Assembly (NCBI RefSeq): GCF_964355755.1 | Contig: NC_092678.1 | Coordinates: forward strand, 25,747,365-25,811,364 | Source: Antedon mediterranea | Lineage: Eukaryota > Animalia > Echinodermata | Direction of reading: 5' to 3' | Length of the DNA stretch: 64,000 bases | Shown here: one piece after another, positions 62,432 to 64,000 of the stretch | How positions within the stretch are numbered: position 1 is the stretch's first letter | Layout: each line of letters starts with the position of its first letter | Made by a program: the position numbers and the translations under genes | The notes under the pieces: generated by a model | Database searches by the model: none | What the model was told of the DNA's origin: nothing | What the model saw: the letters and a program-made list of their open reading frames with translations, nothing else

Positions 62432-64000
62432 TGCACATACATTTGTATTCACATACTGTCCTGTGAATTAAAAGTATTTAGCACATACATTTGAATGCAC
62501 ATACTGTCCTGTGAATTAACAGTATTTAGCACATACATTTGTATGCACATACTGTCCTGTGAATTAACAGTATTTAGCACATACATTTGAATGCACATAC
62601 TGTCCTGTGAATTAACAGTATTTAGCACATACATTTGTATGCACATACTGTCCTGTGAATTAACAGTATTTAGCACATACATTTGAATGCACATACTGTC
62701 CTGTGAATTAAAAGTATTTAGCACATACATTTGAATGCACATACTGTCCTGTGAATTAACAGTATTTAGCACATACATTTGTATGCACATACTGTCCTGT
62801 CAATTAACAGTATTTAGCACATACATTTGTATGCACATACTGTCCTGTGAATTAACAGTATTTAGTACATACATTTGTATGCACATACTGTCCTGTGAAT
62901 TAACAGTATTTAGCACATACATTTGTATGCACATACTGTCCTGTGAATTAACAGTATTTAGCACATACATTTGTATGCACATACTGTCCTGTGAATTAAC
63001 AGTATTTAGCACATACATTTGTATGCACATACTGTCCTGTGAATTAACAGTATTTAGCACATACATTTGTATGCACATACTGTCCTGTGAATTAACAGTA
63101 TTTAGCACATACATTTGAATGCACATACTGTCCTGTGAATTAACAGTATTTAGCACATACATTTGTATGCACATACTGTCCTGTGAATTAACAGTATTTA
63201 GCACATACATTTGTATGCACATACTGTCCTGTGAATTAACAGTATTTAGCACATACATTTGTATGCACATACTGTCCTGTGAATTAACAGTATTTAGCAC
63301 ATACATTTGTATGCACATACTGTCCTGTGATTTAACAGTATTTAGCACATACATTTGTATGCACATACTGTCCTGTCAATTAACAGTATTTAGTACATAC
63401 ATTTGTATGCACATACTGTCCTGTGAATTAACAGTATTTAGCACATACATTTGTATGCACATACTGTCCTGTGAATTAACAGTATTTAGCACATACATTT
63501 GTATGCACATACTGTCCTGTGAATTAACAGTATTTAGCACATACATTTGTATGCACATACTGTCCTGTCAATTAACAGTATTTAGCACATACATTTGTAT
63601 GCACATACTGTCCTGTGAATTAAAAGTATTTAGCACATACATTTGTATGCACATACTGTCCTGTGAATTAACAGTATTTAGCACATACATTTGTATGCAC
63701 ATACTGTCCTGTGAATTAACAGTATTTAGCACATACATTTGTATGCACATACTGTCCTGTGAATTAACAGTATTTAGCACATACATTTGAATGCACATAC
63801 TGTCCTGTGAATTAACAGTATTTAGCACATACATTTGTATGCACATACTGTCCTGTGAATTAACAGTATTTAGCACATACATTTGAATGCACATACTGTC
63901 CTGTGAATTAACAGTATTTAGCACATACATTTGTATGCACATACTGTCCTGTGAATTAACAGTATTTAGCACATACATTTGAATGCACATACTGTCCTGT
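62432..64000. repeat. 48-bp minisatellite, more than 32 copies, running off the window end
   Basis: Unit gcacatactgtcctgtgaattaacagtatttagcacatacatttgtat. Confidence 0.98.

Noticed and set aside
62449-63990. Repetitive ORFs on both strands (MCIQMYVLNTVNSQDS / MHILSCELTVFSTYIC)
   Set aside because: By-product of a 48-bp unit inside an intron.

Overview
AT-rich, intron-rich animal (invertebrate) genomic DNA; an echinoderm-like origin is my impression only. I could splice five genes in frame by hand. (1) A 5'-truncated filamin (+, 4750-38391) with CH2 and Ig repeats, plus several frame-preserving candidate cassette exons. (2) A divergent PRD-class Q50 homeobox gene (+, 41162-44921). (3) An Egalitarian/EXD1-like DEDDy 3'-5' exonuclease (+, 46209-48266). 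(4) CCDC51/MITOK (-, 48982-50152). (5) A 3'-truncated RCC1-repeat, claret-like gene (+, from 50943) head-to-head with CCDC51. Introns carry several small TIR elements, mostly with TTA/TAA flanks (PIF/Harbinger-like), and many minisatellites. The most unusual signal is that several tandem arrays are built from exon-intron junctions themselves: 35 copies of a filamin 5' splice site, 15 copies of a 3' splice site plus exon start, and 5 copies of another donor, with older two-copy cases elsewhere. These create long runs of decoy splice sites in which only one terminal copy keeps the reading frame.
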